NCBI GenBank assembly: GCA_964016885.1
Contig: OZ024740.1
Coordinates: forward strand, 354,516,001 to 354,580,000
Direction: 5' to 3'
Length of the DNA: 64,000 bases
Origin: Eledone cirrhosa
Taxonomy: Eukaryota
Made by a program: the position numbers and the translations under genes. The notes under the pieces were generated by a model, which ran no database searches, had not been told where the DNA came from, and saw only the letters and a program-made list of their open reading frames with translations. Below, piece by piece: positions 38,420-50,970 of this stretch. Positions within the stretch are counted from its first letter, which is position 1; each line of letters opens with the position of its first letter.

Positions 38420-38776
38420 GGCCTTGCAATCGAAAGGTTGTGAGTTCAATTCTCAGACCAGGTGATGTGTTGTTTCCTTGAGCAAGACACTCTATTTAAC
38501 AATGCTCCAGTTTACTCAGCTGTAGAAATGAGATGATAGGAGTGGAGTGCCTATCATTCCACTGCAAAGTGGTCGTGGAGGTACCACGGCAAAAAAGCAC
38601 CCAGCCCACACTATAAAGTGGACGTGTAGGTGCCACGGAAAACAAGCACCCAGCACTCACTGTAAATGAGGTTGGTGTTAGGAAGGACATCCAGCTGTAG
38701 AAATCAAGCCAGAATCAGTTCCCGTCCCACCCTTGCAAGCAGGGAAAAGCGGACGTAAAATGATGACGATGATGAT
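38420..38776 (+). mobile_element. tRNA-derived SINE, family S2, with RTE-derived tail
   Basis: B box GTGAGTTCAATTC, central CCTTGAGCAAGACAC...GCTCCAGTTTACTCAGCTG, then RTE 3' UTR subrepeats and (TGA)n. Confidence 0.8.
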
Positions 38777-38796
38777 ATATATATATATATATATAT

Positions 38797-38962
38797 CAAA
38801 GAAAGTGTGGTAAGAAACCAGGTGGATCATAACACACCAGAGTACTCGATACTTGGGATAGTAGAGTAGATAATAGGAAAAGAGTTAGGACCCCGATAGC
38901 TGAGCTCCGGCCTTTTCGACAGCTAGATTCGGATCTCAGCCGTCAGGGTCCTGACTCCTTTT
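38797..38962 (-). mobile_element. pLTR-like repeat family B with terminal hairpin
   Basis: Homologous to 3326-3522 and flanked by (TA)n. Confidence 0.7.
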
Positions 38963-39174
38963 ATATATATATATGTATCTTATTAAATACATTAGATAAT
39001 TTCATATTTTTCCATTTACTCAGCAATGAATGCAAACATTTCAAGATATATTATACTGTGTGCTACATTTTAATCTCCATGCTTACAGAGAATAGCAAAC
39101 TCCAGTAGTCGCTGGCAAAGTATTGATATACTCAAGGATTACACCCCATCAATCAACTAATCAATCAATCAATA

Positions 39175-39725
39175 TATGTGTGTGTTATATATGTATATGC
39201 CTGAGTTTATGTATGTGTATGTGTGTGATATACGCATATGTCTGAGTGAATGTGTGTATGTGAGTGGTGTGTGTGTGTGTGGTATGTGTATGTGGTATGT
39301 GTGTGTGGTGTGTGCGTGTGTGTGGTGTGTGCGTGTGCATGTGGTGCGGTGTGTGTGGTGTGGTGTGGTGTGTGTGTATGTGGTGTGTGGTGTGTGTATG
39401 TGTATGTGATGTGTGTCGTGTGTGTGTGTGTGGTGTATATGTGTGGTGTGTGTGTGTGTATGTGATGTGTGTCGTGTGTATGTGTGTGGTATGTATGTGT
39501 GTGTGGAGTGTGTATGTTTGTGTGGTATGTGTGGTATGTATGTGTGTGTGTGTACATGGGTGTGTGTATGCATGTGTATGTGTGTGTGTATGTGTGTGTA
39601 TGTATGTGTGTGTGTGGTGTGTGTATGTGTGTGTATGTGTGTGTGTGTAGTGTGTGTATGTGCCTGTGTGTGGTGTGTGTGTGTATGTGCCTGTGTGTGG
39701 TGTGTGTATTTGTAGTATGTATGTG
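39175..39725. repeat. TG-rich compound microsatellite
   Basis: Directly visible low-complexity tract. Confidence 0.95.
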
Positions 39726-40029
39726 TAGTCTTTAAAACATGACAGTAATGGCTGTTTAGCTATTTTCTGTCAAGTTTTTCAGTGTGTGTACTATTTCTTT
39801 TTAAATGCTATTAATGAACTCTAGCACTGACAAAGTCACAGATTTTCAAGGAAGACACAGTTAATTATATCGACTCCACTGCTTCACTGATATTTATTTT
39901 ATTGACCACTAAATGGATAACAGTCAAAGCTAACTTCAATAAGATTGAACTGAAAACATAGTGGATATAACTAGATACTGTAAGACATTTTGTCGACCCC
40001 ACTACTAATTCTGTGAAGCCACCAATTAT

Positions 40030-40207
40030 TGACAGTATCGGTAGAGCGTCAGACACCATACTTTGCAGCATAGAGTTATGGCTCTTTACGTTCTGAGTTC
40101 AAATTCCGCCGAGCTTAACTTTGCCTTTCATCCTTATGAGGTCGATAAAACAAGAACCAGTAATGTATTGGAATAATTGCTGGCCTTGTTCCAAAAATAG
40201 AAACAAG
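40030..40207 (+). mobile_element. tRNA-derived SINE, family S1
   Basis: A and B boxes and central domain in plus orientation. Confidence 0.8.
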
Positions 40208-41951
40208 TATTCATTCCCTGGCTTGGACAGGATTATGAAGGAAAGGTGTTGCTATTACACCCTTAATGGTTTCTATTTTTCTGCATTTAAAGTATCTTGT
40301 TCAAGGACTCAATGCATCATCAAAAGCTGATTTCCCAACTTTACGATCATGAAGTGAATACTTGAACCACTAAGTCATGTGCCTTCGCAATAATATACAT
40401 GCATACATAAACCACACACACACACAGACAGAACTGATTTTGGCGTGGTTTCTATGGCTGGGTGCCTTTCCTAACACCAACCACTTTACAGTGTGGGCTG
40501 GGCACTTTTTGTTGTGTCGCCAACACAACCACTTTACAGTATGTACTGGGCGCTTTTTGTCATGACACCTACACGACCACTTTATAATATATATATATTT
40601 GGTTTATGAAGTTAGCCAAAGAGAATCCATGCAGTCTTGACCTTTCCTTTCTCACTCAATGAGATACGAGATTTGTACATAAGAATATACAAACTTATAA
40701 CTCAGAATGGCTATTACACATTAATAGTAAAGAAACCAGCAATGCATGGATAATGATAACGGTATATCATATAAACTCTGACTATCAATAGTTTCTACAC
40801 GACAGTCTGATCTTAACAGTTACAACTGCAACAGTTATTCTCACTAGTTATGTAGTCTATGCAGACATTTCATAACAGATGTGGTACAGTATCAGTGGGT
40901 AATCATCCAACAACAAAACAGAATGTTTGTCAATATCATAGGCTTTTAGTTCCAGCTTACAGCATCTATTACTTAAAATTCCATGTCCCTCTCCTTTCAG
41001 ATTTACTGGATGTGCTCGCTGGTGGAGTGAATACCTCTCAGTTGATATTTAGCAGTGCAGTTTGATGTAATTGTTGACTTCCTGTTTGTCTTGCGTTTTG
41101 TAATTACTTAGAGCTTGAAGGACATCATTCACAACTTTATTCAAAGCACAAAAATACCCACTAAGAGATGTTATCATCATCGTCATCATCATCATCACCA
41201 CCACTGGTGATGTCGGTTTTGTCATCGTCATCACCATCATCGCCGTCGTCATTGTCATCATCATCATCATTATCATCATCATTTCACATGCATTTTCCCT
41301 GCTTGCAAGTGTTGTATGGTCTATCTTTTCTAGTTAATATATTAATTTTATTGTTAATATAAGGATATTATAGTTAATTATGGATATTATAGTTAATATT
41401 GATGGATGGAAGGACAGCAGGACAGTCGGATGGACTGATGATTGGACAGCCAGACGAATGGCCGGAAGTACTGATGTAGAGACAGATAAGCAAGTAATAC
41501 AGACAGTGTGGTAGGAAGGTTAGAATAGAAGGAAATTGAAAGGGAGGGAATTGGTGAGGGATGGAGGGGAGAGGTAGGTCACTAAAATAGATAGGTAAGT
41601 AGATAGATAGATAGATAAACAAGTAAAAATGTGTGTAAGTAGATAGATTAGATGGAGGAGGTAGATAGGCAGCTATTTACAACAATTATGATATTAAAAA
41701 GTTTAACAAAAATGTTGTTACATAGCTATAAAACACTCATGCAAATGAGGCTACTCAGCCGATGTGTACTTAAGAAAATACTAAATATCTTCAACCGTTC
41801 AACAGATTGGCAGAAGTATGCAATCTTGATGAAGGGTAATGACCCAGAAACATATTGATTGTTCCTCAATGCCAGTGTTGAACAAACAAATGACGATTTG
41901 TCATCAACACGGCACAGCTTTAATCGGGCCATTTGTTTACAAACAAATCGA

Positions 41952-44900
41952 ATCATCATCATCATCATCATCATCAACGTTTAACGTCCGTGTTCCACGC
42001 TTGCATGGGTTTGGACGGGGGTAGTCCCACTTGAGGCAAGAGTGATTGTCTTGCTCGCATAGGACTGTCTGGCAGGTTTTCTACAGTTGGATGCCCTTCC
42101 TAACACCAACCACATTTACAGTGTGGGTCTGGGAGGTTTTTACCGTGTTGCCTACACGGCCACATTACAGCGTGCACTGTGTGTTTTTTTGTCATGACAC
42201 CTACACGATCTCATTTGTTTCGGCCTGGATGGCGCGGCACCAACATAACTTTACATAGAACGGGGTGGTGTGGATGGGGTGGTGGTGGTGGTGGTGGGAT
42301 GGGGTGTATTTTGTTAGAGATGCCTACTGGCTGGAGTAGGTTTTACTATATATTTAGGTAAGGCGGGTCTTCTCTGTTACTGAGTACCGCCAAAGGTCTC
42401 GGTCCAGTGACATTGTCTTGGAGAGGTGTAAGTGTGTGATGTCGGAGTTTATCAGCTCGTCCCAGGTTTTTCTGGGTCTGCCTATTCCGTGGCTACCGTC
42501 TATCTTTATTGCCCTGCACTTTGTTATACAGCTGTCGTCTTTCATGTGCATCACGTGACCATACCAACGTAGCCTTCTCTCGAGTAAACAACATCTGATC
42601 CCTCTTATCTCTAATTTTTTCCTTAGTTCGTTTATGCTTTGCCGTTCACGTATATTACTGTTACACATCCAGCGGAGCATGCAAGCTTCGTTCCTCTCTA
42701 GTCTGCGTATATCCTCTGCACACAATGCCCAGGTCTCACTGCCATGCAGCATTGCTGTTCGTATGCAGGCATCGTACAACCTGCCTTTCATTTTTAGGGA
42801 GAACCCTTTAGCAGCTAATAGTGGTATAAGCTCTCTGAACTTTTTCCAACCAGTTCTGACTCTAGCTACAGTACTTTCAGAGCACCCTCCCCCACTGCTG
42901 ATTTTATCGCCCAGGTAACGGAAGCTGTCCACTATTTCTATAGAACCCTCTGCGCAATTGAAAGAGCTAGTATTTTGTGGGCACTTGCTGCTACTTATTG
43001 CACCAGAACACCGGCCACATGTAAAATCTATGTTCTTAGTTAGCTTACCTGTGATCCCACTACATCTTTTATGCACCCATACTTTGCATTTAGGACATAA
43101 AATGGAGTTTCTACCTACGCCTTTCCTACACACCGAGCATGACCATTTCCCAGAAGGGACCGCCGCCTTGTTTTCTTTCCTACAAACTAGAACTTTGGTC
43201 TTAGCCAGGTTAATTTTAAGTCCTTTTGACTCTAGGCCGTGCTTCCATGTTTGGAATTTCTTCACTAGCTCGGCCATTGATTCCGCTATGAGTGTCAGGT
43301 CGTCTGCGTATAGGAGTTCCCATGGGCAGCCTGTCTTGAACTCCTCTGTTATAGCCTGAAGGGCAATAATAAATAGTAGGGGGCTGAGAACAGAGCCCTG
43401 ATGGACGCCAACTTTTACGCTAAACTCTTCACTATATTCGTTGTTAATTCTAACCTTGCTGACTGTTTCTTTATAGATGGCTTGTATAGCCCTCACAAGC
43501 CATTCGTCAACGCCTAGTTTTCTAAGAGCCCACCAGATAATGGAGCGGGGGACTCTGTCGAAGGCTTTCTCCAAGTCGACAAAAGCTAAGTAGAGGGGTT
43601 TACCTTTAGCTAGGTACTTCTCCTGTAGTTGTCGTACTATGAAAAGAGCGTCTGTGGTACTTTTGCCTGACACAAACCCGAACTGCATTTCATCTAGGTC
43701 AATTCTCTCTCTGATTAGTTGCGCTATTACTTTTTCCGTGACCTTCATGACCTGGTCGATTAATTTAATGCCTCTATAGTTACTCCTATCTAGGGCGTCT
43801 CCTTTACCCTGATAACAGTTAACGATGATGCTGCTATGCCAGTCCTTCGGAACAACCCCATTCTGTACGACTTGGTTAACTATGCGGGTGACCATGGTGT
43901 GTCCCACCGTGCCAGATGCCTTCAGCATCTCAGCAACTATTTCCGAAGGCCCAGCCGCCTTACCCGTCTTTATATCCTTGATTGCCTTACTTATTATACT
44001 CCCCTCGACTAACACTGCTGGTCCCTCTATTGGGTCGATATGGGGGAGACTGTCTTTCTCCCATTTATTCTCCTCATTTAGTAGCCTTTCATAGTGACAC
44101 TTCCAAGCTACCTTCTTATCAGCGTTGGTGATGGCAAGTGTGCCATCGTCGTTTAGTACACACTTCTCCCCGACAATATCACGGTTTTCCTTGACGCATT
44201 GCTTAGCAATCCTGAACACCTCACGTTTTTGGTCATCGCGTTGTAGAACATGCTTGAACTTTCTTTCCTCAGCTTCCCTTCTTGCTAAGTACACTTGTCT
44301 CCTAGCTTCCCTCCTGGCCACTTGATAGTCTTCTCTACTTCCCCCATCCCGCCATACTTTCCAAGCCTGCTTTTTGGCCTTAATTGACCCCTCCACCTTA
44401 CTGTTCCACCACCATGTTACTCTCCTCCTGCCTACAGGCCTACTCCAGCCACAGACTTCGTCTGTCGCCAACAGCAGGTTTGCTTTCAGAAATTCCCACT
44501 CTCCCTCTATATTGTCCGACTCTAAATGTTCTTCCTTACTGTCGAAAGCATCAAGTAATATGCTTTGAAATTTATTCCTGGCTGTGGGGTCCTTTAGCTT
44601 CCATATTTTTCTCCTGAGGATAGTCCTCTTCTGCTGTCAAGTACGTCTCGTCCTGACTATGAGCTCGCTAATTATCAGTCTATGTTGGGAGGTGCAATCT
44701 TCATGGGGGAGGGATTTAGTGTTTACAACAGACACTCTGTCACGTCTTCTGGTAAGGATATAATCTACCTGGCTTGTGTGTTCCCCGGATCTATAGGTGA
44801 TCAGGTGATTGTCACGTTTTTTGAAGTTAGTGTTACAGATAGTTAGGTTATTTGCATCACAGAATTCCAGGATTCTGGAGCCTTCCTCATTTCTAGTACC

Positions 44901-45621
44901 AAACCCATAGCCTCCATGGATTTCGTCGTAGCCGTCACAATGTTGTCCAACGTGACCATTTAGGTCGCCTGCAATAATTATATAGTCACTGTCGGATATT
45001 TGGGAGGTAGTTAGCATCAGTGTCTCATAGAATCTGTCTTTTATAGTACCGGGCAGTCCGGATTGGGGTGCGTACGCAGATATTACTGTCACCGTAGTTC
45101 TATTGAGGACAAGTCGTATTTTAATTATTCTGTCGTTCACTCTATTTACGTCTATTATCTTATCTGCCCACTTTTCTGCTACCATGATTCCTACTCCACC
45201 CAGCCCATCATCGTTTCCCACCCAGAAAAGCTTATAACATCGTTTTTTACCCTCAATGAATCTAGCAGACCCACCCCTCCACCTGGTCTCTTGAATACAA
45301 CAAACATCGACCTCCTTACGTTCAAGCATTTCTACAACCTCGTTAGCGCGACCCTTTAGGGTGCCTACATTTATGGTACCAACTCTGAAGTTTTGGATTG
45401 CGTTTGGGGGTTGGGGGCGGTGGGGGGTGGGGGGCGATGGGGTTATGTTAGCCGTCCGCGGTCGAAACAATGAGGAGTGCTCGCATTCTCGTCCAAGAGG
45501 TGAATTTGTCTTTATCTTTGGCATTGTCGCTGAGCGTCCAGATTTTTCTCTCTCTCCTCCACTCTCCAGGATTCCGCAGTCCATCCATCCATCATATATC
45601 GAAAGTCAACCAGGCAAGCGA
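41952..45621 (-). mobile_element. RTE LINE, near full-length young copy
   Basis: APE endonuclease, RT, PHD, C-terminal region, 3' UTR subrepeats and (TGA)n tail. Confidence 0.96.
42354..45584 (-). pseudogene. RTE ORF (APE endonuclease-RT with PHD finger), one in-frame stop
   Basis: ORFs 44637-45584 and 42354-44471 are in the same frame, and the 55 codons between them are open. The only interruption is TGA at 44637-44639. Confidence 0.92.
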
Positions 45622-45897
45622 TAGTATAGGATATTATTATCAATATTCGATATAACCCATACGTACATATGTATACGTACATATGTATGTCTGTGTGTGT
45701 GTATCATCATCATCATCATCATCACCGTTTTACGTCCGTTCTTCCACGTTAGCATGGGTTAGATGGGTTGTCCTGTTGTGAGCAGTGTCTGGTCGGCTGA
45801 CCATGCCTTGCTCATATATATATATCATCATCATCCTCATCATCATTATTTTACGTCCGCTTTTCCCTGCTTATATGTTTGTGTGTGTGTACATGTG

Positions 45898-45938
<41 letters not shown>

Positions 45939-46045
45939 ACATATGCATACTTACATTTATGCATCAGCTGCGCTAGGGTGAGAAATAAAATACTAATTTT
46001 ATTTTTATATATATATATACTACATAAGACAATTATTCCATTTTC

Positions 46046-46195
46046 CAAAGGTTTCATGAAGACAAACGAGTTTAACAGAGACGTCTGAAATCGCTCATCA
46101 GAATGAAAATTTAATCTTCATTAAATTAAAATTTTCATTCTGATGAGCGATTTCAGACGTCTCTCTTGAACTTGTTTGTCTTTGTGAAACCTTTG
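46046..46195. repeat. Palindrome of two head-to-head family C hammerhead motifs
   Basis: Arms of about 70 bp, each reading ATTTTCATT CTGATGA GCGATTTCAGACGTCTCT...GAAA CCTTTG outward from the centre. Confidence 0.75.
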
Positions 46196-46196
46196 A

Positions 46197-46259
<63 letters not shown>

Positions 46260-46424
46260 AAGGGATAACAAAACATCATTATAGGTAATTCAGTTAGAGG
46301 TTGTGAATACTTCTTATTATGAATAGTTTTAGTGTACGGCTTTGTTTGACTCAACAAGAGGTCCTCAAGCGACGAAGTTCACATTATGGCTTTAAGCCGG
46401 ACTTTCAATAAGTGTGTTATATAT

Positions 46425-47430
46425 ATGTATGAGATGAAAGAATGGTATTTAATTAATGTATTGGTACACGATGGGGCCCACCCACAACCCTGGCGGACAG
46501 AATGGCGAAGGCGTTTCCCCGGAGGACGGCAAGGGAGACGCGCTGGAAAAGCCACTCCAACTCGTGGGGCTCACACCTGCAGCTGGCCAGCTCAGCACCT
46601 ATGGTGGTGAGTAAGGAGGTAGCCCTGGGGCCGAGGACACCAGAAGTTTCCACTGCCAGGGGATCGACCGCAAACCTGTCGGAGAGCGACCGGTATTTGA
46701 GGAGTTTGGCTCCCTCAGCCCGACGTGCAGCAGAACCTGGGTCAGTCGCAGACTGCACCAGGCTGCGGCTGCAGAAAGTGTCAGTGTAAGTGGCATCCCA
46801 GACGAGGGGTTTGGCACCGCGGAACGGGAAGATGGTCATGCCATCTGGCCTTTTGCCGTCCCCTCGATCCAGCCCCACCGGCTCGAGCTGGGAAGGGAAG
46901 CCTGCAGCATCCAAGCCATGCTTAATGACCTCGTTGAGGGCAGTATGGCGTGGAATGCGGCTGACACTGTGGCGACAGGACAGCAGGTGGAGGCCAAAAG
47001 AGTCCACAGTGGAACCGGAGCGACATTGGTGTGGCTGGCAGATCCGGAGGCCGAGCCTCAGGGGACGCCGATTTACAGGCTATGGTTGTCTAGCTGCATG
47101 CCAGTGGAGAAGGAGGGCAGAGCATGGAGCCAGGCACCACTGTGGGGTTTGGAGGCCGCACGAAAACAAGCAAGGCGGTGCTGGTCGAGCTGGCGCGTGA
47201 GCCTGTCTGAGACCAGGCTGCACTGGATGGCATCCCAAGTGCGTTGGGGGGACTTGACGTCAACAGGGGGAGAAGGAGGAGGGACGTCTACTGGGCTAAG
47301 TCCGAGCCAGTCCCACGTCTCACAGGCGGCCTCACGTTCTCTGAACACAGAGGGTTCTGTTGTGTTTTGAAGAACCCTGCTGACGAGGACGCGGCACGAG
47401 GTTACCGACGAAAGATACGCCGGCAATACG
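46425..47430 (-). mobile_element. CRE-clade non-LTR retrotransposon 3' fragment (zinc knuckle and restriction-like endonuclease)
   Basis: SGAWLHALP...LRLG...H..SC...RH..LN...RPDG....WDAT...K..KY....P.AVET.G..G...WLFQRVSLAVLRGNA. Flanked by TA repeats. Confidence 0.9.
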
Positions 47431-47610
47431 TATATATATATATATATAAAAGAAATAGGATTTCGCTTCAAGCATAACTTTATACAATATGTATAGAAAG
47501 GTTTTGTTTTACATCCTGCTGGGTGTCCGAAATCTTCCTCCTCACCAAGCAAACTTACAGCAGGCTACCCTCAACTCTAATCTCTACATGCTGCAGTGTC
47601 ATTGAATTAC

Positions 47611-47904
47611 GGCAATCGAAACGTTGTGAGTTCAATTCTCAGACCGGGTGATGTGTTGTTTCCTTGAGCAAGACACTTTATTTCACATTGCTCCAGTTTA
47701 CTCAGCTGTAGAAATGAGATGATAGGGACTAGGGTCCCTATCATTCCACTGCAAAAGTGGTCATGGAGGTGCCACGGCAAAAAAGCACCCAGCACTCACT
47801 GTAAATGAGGTTGGTGTTAGGAATGGCATCCAGCTGTAGAAATCAAGCCAGAATCAGTTCCCGTCACACCCAGGGAAAAGCGGATGTAAAATGATGATGA
47901 TGAT
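47611..47904 (+). mobile_element. tRNA-derived SINE, family S2
   Basis: Homologous to 38420-38776 with one fewer tail subrepeat. Confidence 0.8.
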
Positions 47905-48199
47905 ATCTAATTTAATAAGGGTGTAGTTTTGACTATCTAGTTAGGAATGTGGCTTTTAGATTCCTTGTCTTCTACAGTATCCTAGGATGAATGACTGAAA
48001 TCATATACATACATATTATATGTGTATATGTATGTATAAATGTGTGGACATAAATCACAAACCTAAAAACACATATGCACACACACACACACAAATTCAC
48101 ATATGTAACATATTTAAACATTACAATCAAAGAATACACCCTCTACTTCTTCATTACTGTCTATCACAATTTGTTGCGCTATTTATTCTTTTATCATAT

Positions 48200-48391
48200 G
48201 TCAGGTCACTCCTGGGTACTACTGATAACATGTAACCCAGTACAACCTGAAACAAGAGCAGGTCGCCAGAGACTATACTGGCAACCCCACCAAATTTGCT
48301 TGGTGATGAAGAGGATTTTGGACACCCAGCAGGATGTAAAACAAAACCTGACAAAGGATGGAGGAACTAATGTGAGTAAACAGCCATCCAA
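48200..48391 (+). mobile_element. 5' portion of the bipartite RTE-type element (diverged)
   Basis: Homologous to 9039-9228. A further piece lies at 47497-47556 on the minus strand. Confidence 0.65.
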
Positions 48392-48849
48392 TAGTGTGTA
48401 CATATGTATATATTGTGTGGGTGTGTAAATATGTATATGTTAATTTAAGTGTGTGTAGAGCTGTTGTAGATTTCACTAGTTAGCACTGGATGGTCTTTTG
48501 TGGTGTCCCCATCAGTGAATTGATGACTTGCAATATCTACTCATTCAAGCTGAGCAGCTAGCCTCTCTTAGTTCGAAGATTGGCCTGTGTGGTGGAAAGC
48601 CACATCCTACACAAGATGCCTCTGATATGGCTATCATAGGATAACCTAGCAGATCAGATCTAGAGGAGTCACCCTCAATAGAAATCCTGCTTGTCTCATC
48701 GTAAACAGTAGCTAATGTTATGATTATCAGTTTTCACAGATGAGTGACTATTAATTCAACAATGGGTTGGCAAAATTGCTCCTGCCTAGCCTCAAAGTGT
48801 GACAACCTGCCAAACCCATACAAGTATGAAGAATAGACATAAAGTGGTA

Positions 48850-48887
<38 letters not shown>

Positions 48888-49504
48888 ACACTAAAATATG
48901 TAACCTAAATTTTTGTTTAAATTCTGCATGTATTTTATTTAAATCAAGTTTTATTTATCATTTTATGTTGTGAATAAAGCAAATTTTTTGTTTAAAATCT
49001 TTCCATAAATAGTTGTTTCTATAAAATGCAACTAATTAATTTCAACTAATTAATTACAATTAAATAGATTCTGTAGATCTGTCATTTTTAGATTTCAATT
49101 TTCTCCTTTTTTAACCCTACATATATGTAAATAGTTTGGTTGAGATTTCAAACAATTTAATTATACATCTTCATCAAAATCAAGCAGGGAAAAAAGCCCT
49201 GTATTGTATTCTTTGGGTTTATTTTTATGCAGAGAAAGCTAGAGAAGTTAACAGATAGTAATTTCGAACTGCTTGAAATGAATCATGGTTCTATGATACA
49301 AAACTGGATCTACTATAGAAAAGTGTTTATTTTTAAGTGATCATATTTATCTAAAAACATTTTATCATAATTTTTATGTAAGAACCTTTGTTAAGTTATG
49401 CTTCAAACACCAGATAAATAATGAGCAAATTAGTTATATTACGAAATCCCTTCAAAGTTTTTATATTTTCAAAATGATTTACAAATCACAGGTATATATC
49501 TTTA

Positions 49505-50035
49505 CAATTATGGAAACAGAACTTAGAATTAGAAGGTCTGAGAAGAAACTTAGCCAAAACTAAAGTGCAAGTAAGTAGAAAAGAAAATAGGACCCTGAAT
49601 CCTTCAGGTAAGTGGCCCTGTTCAATACGTAAAAAAGTAGTAGGCATAAATGCTATATGATATGAACAACATAAATCCTGGCTACACTAGAGATGTGTAT
49701 GTAGAAGATGCATAGGGGCAATCGAGGGGAAGAGCATCAAGGATTATAAACCATTTTCAATTTCAAGAATGATTCATTGAAGTGGTTGATAGCTTCTGCT
49801 ATCTGGATGGCTTATATAGCAGTGGAGGTGGATGCTCTGAGAGCATAATAGCTAGAATAAGATTAGGGTAGACGTTTAGAGAGCTACTCCCACAGTTAAC
49901 AAGAGGTTTCTCCCTGTGTAGAAAAGGACGTCTGTATGATACCTGTGTGCAAAGTGTGATGTTGTATGGTAGTGAAACATAAGCAATCATTGCAGAGGAC
50001 ATGCATAGACTGAAGAGAAATGAACCAACCATGCA
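49505..50035 (+). mobile_element. Old RTE LINE fragment
   Basis: Degenerate WK..LE..GL..NLAKTKV...KWPC...FCYL...SGGGCSES...MLYGSET. Confidence 0.75.
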
Positions 50036-50506
50036 GCCAGTTTGGGGAAAATACAGCCCAGCAGTGTCTATCTCTCTCAAGGTTTCCCTCACTAAACAGT
50101 AAATAACAAAATATGTAGACGCAAAACCCATGTAACCCATGCTAGCGTCGAAAATGGACATTAAAGATGATCATGATAATTTCACAGCTCCCTGAACATC
50201 TTCTAAACCTTTCTTATATTAGCTACTATACTGCCAACACAATTGCCTCTAATAGTAATTAAGTCACCTAGACAACAGAAACTATCTATCACATATAGTG
50301 AGACATCTGAGAATTTCAATTTCATGTTAACTATGCAATTATTGTTAACTATTCCAGTATATCTAACATATTTGAAGTCCTCATTTTTAGTCAATATGCA
50401 AGAAATCTCATTACATCTCGCTGCATCTTTCTTGTGTTCATTGCATACTCTCAGTACACAGTATTACCTACATATCAAATAATGTTATTCCCAGATATGG
50501 CAATGG

Positions 50507-50970
50507 TGTAGTAAGCAATGGCACTACCTTATCGCGGCGGAACAATTGGGTTGTGCTTGGTCAGTTGCCAGGCCTGTAAATCTGCGGCGTAGGAATACTC
50601 GGCAGTAACTTCTGCCCAGCAAGAGAATTTGTGCTTCTTTTGACTTCTATGACAGTTGCAGCTTCATTTTCGTGGAAACAGGATGTTACTCAATTCATTC
50701 CCTGGAGCAACTGGCAAGATGAAACATTTACCAAGTAACTTTGGCCCTCTCGGCAAGGGCCCAGCAACATCCTACCTAGATATATGCTACAACAGCGCCC
50801 AACATTCTATTGTAATATTTTACAGAGAAAAATAAACCTTTTTTTATATTTCCTCACTGTGCTTACCTATTTGATCCTTTCCTCACTCTAAGCACGCAGC
50901 CTTATAACCTAATCTTCATTAAGGATCCTTTCTACAACCAAAAATCTTATCTTAAAGATCCATCTGCTGA
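50507..50970 (+). mobile_element. Possible solo LTR
   Basis: Starts TGTAG, has CTACA near 50935, a TATA-like box and AATAAA at about 50831. It interrupts a local ~90-bp tandem repeat. The TSD is unclear. Confidence 0.4.

Noticed and set aside
39169-39735. Cys/Val- or His/Thr-rich ORFs (also 3652-4122, 58826-59131, 60987-61328)
   Set aside because: These are translations of simple repeats, open in several frames.
40986-41065. Possible coding exon (acceptor then DLLDVLAGG)
   Set aside because: The resemblance to an ABC-transporter segment is too short, lacks the flanking motifs and has no partner exons.
45405-45443. G-quadruplex-like tract
   Set aside because: It is the antisense strand of a Pro-rich coding stretch in the RTE N-terminus, with no independent evidence of function.
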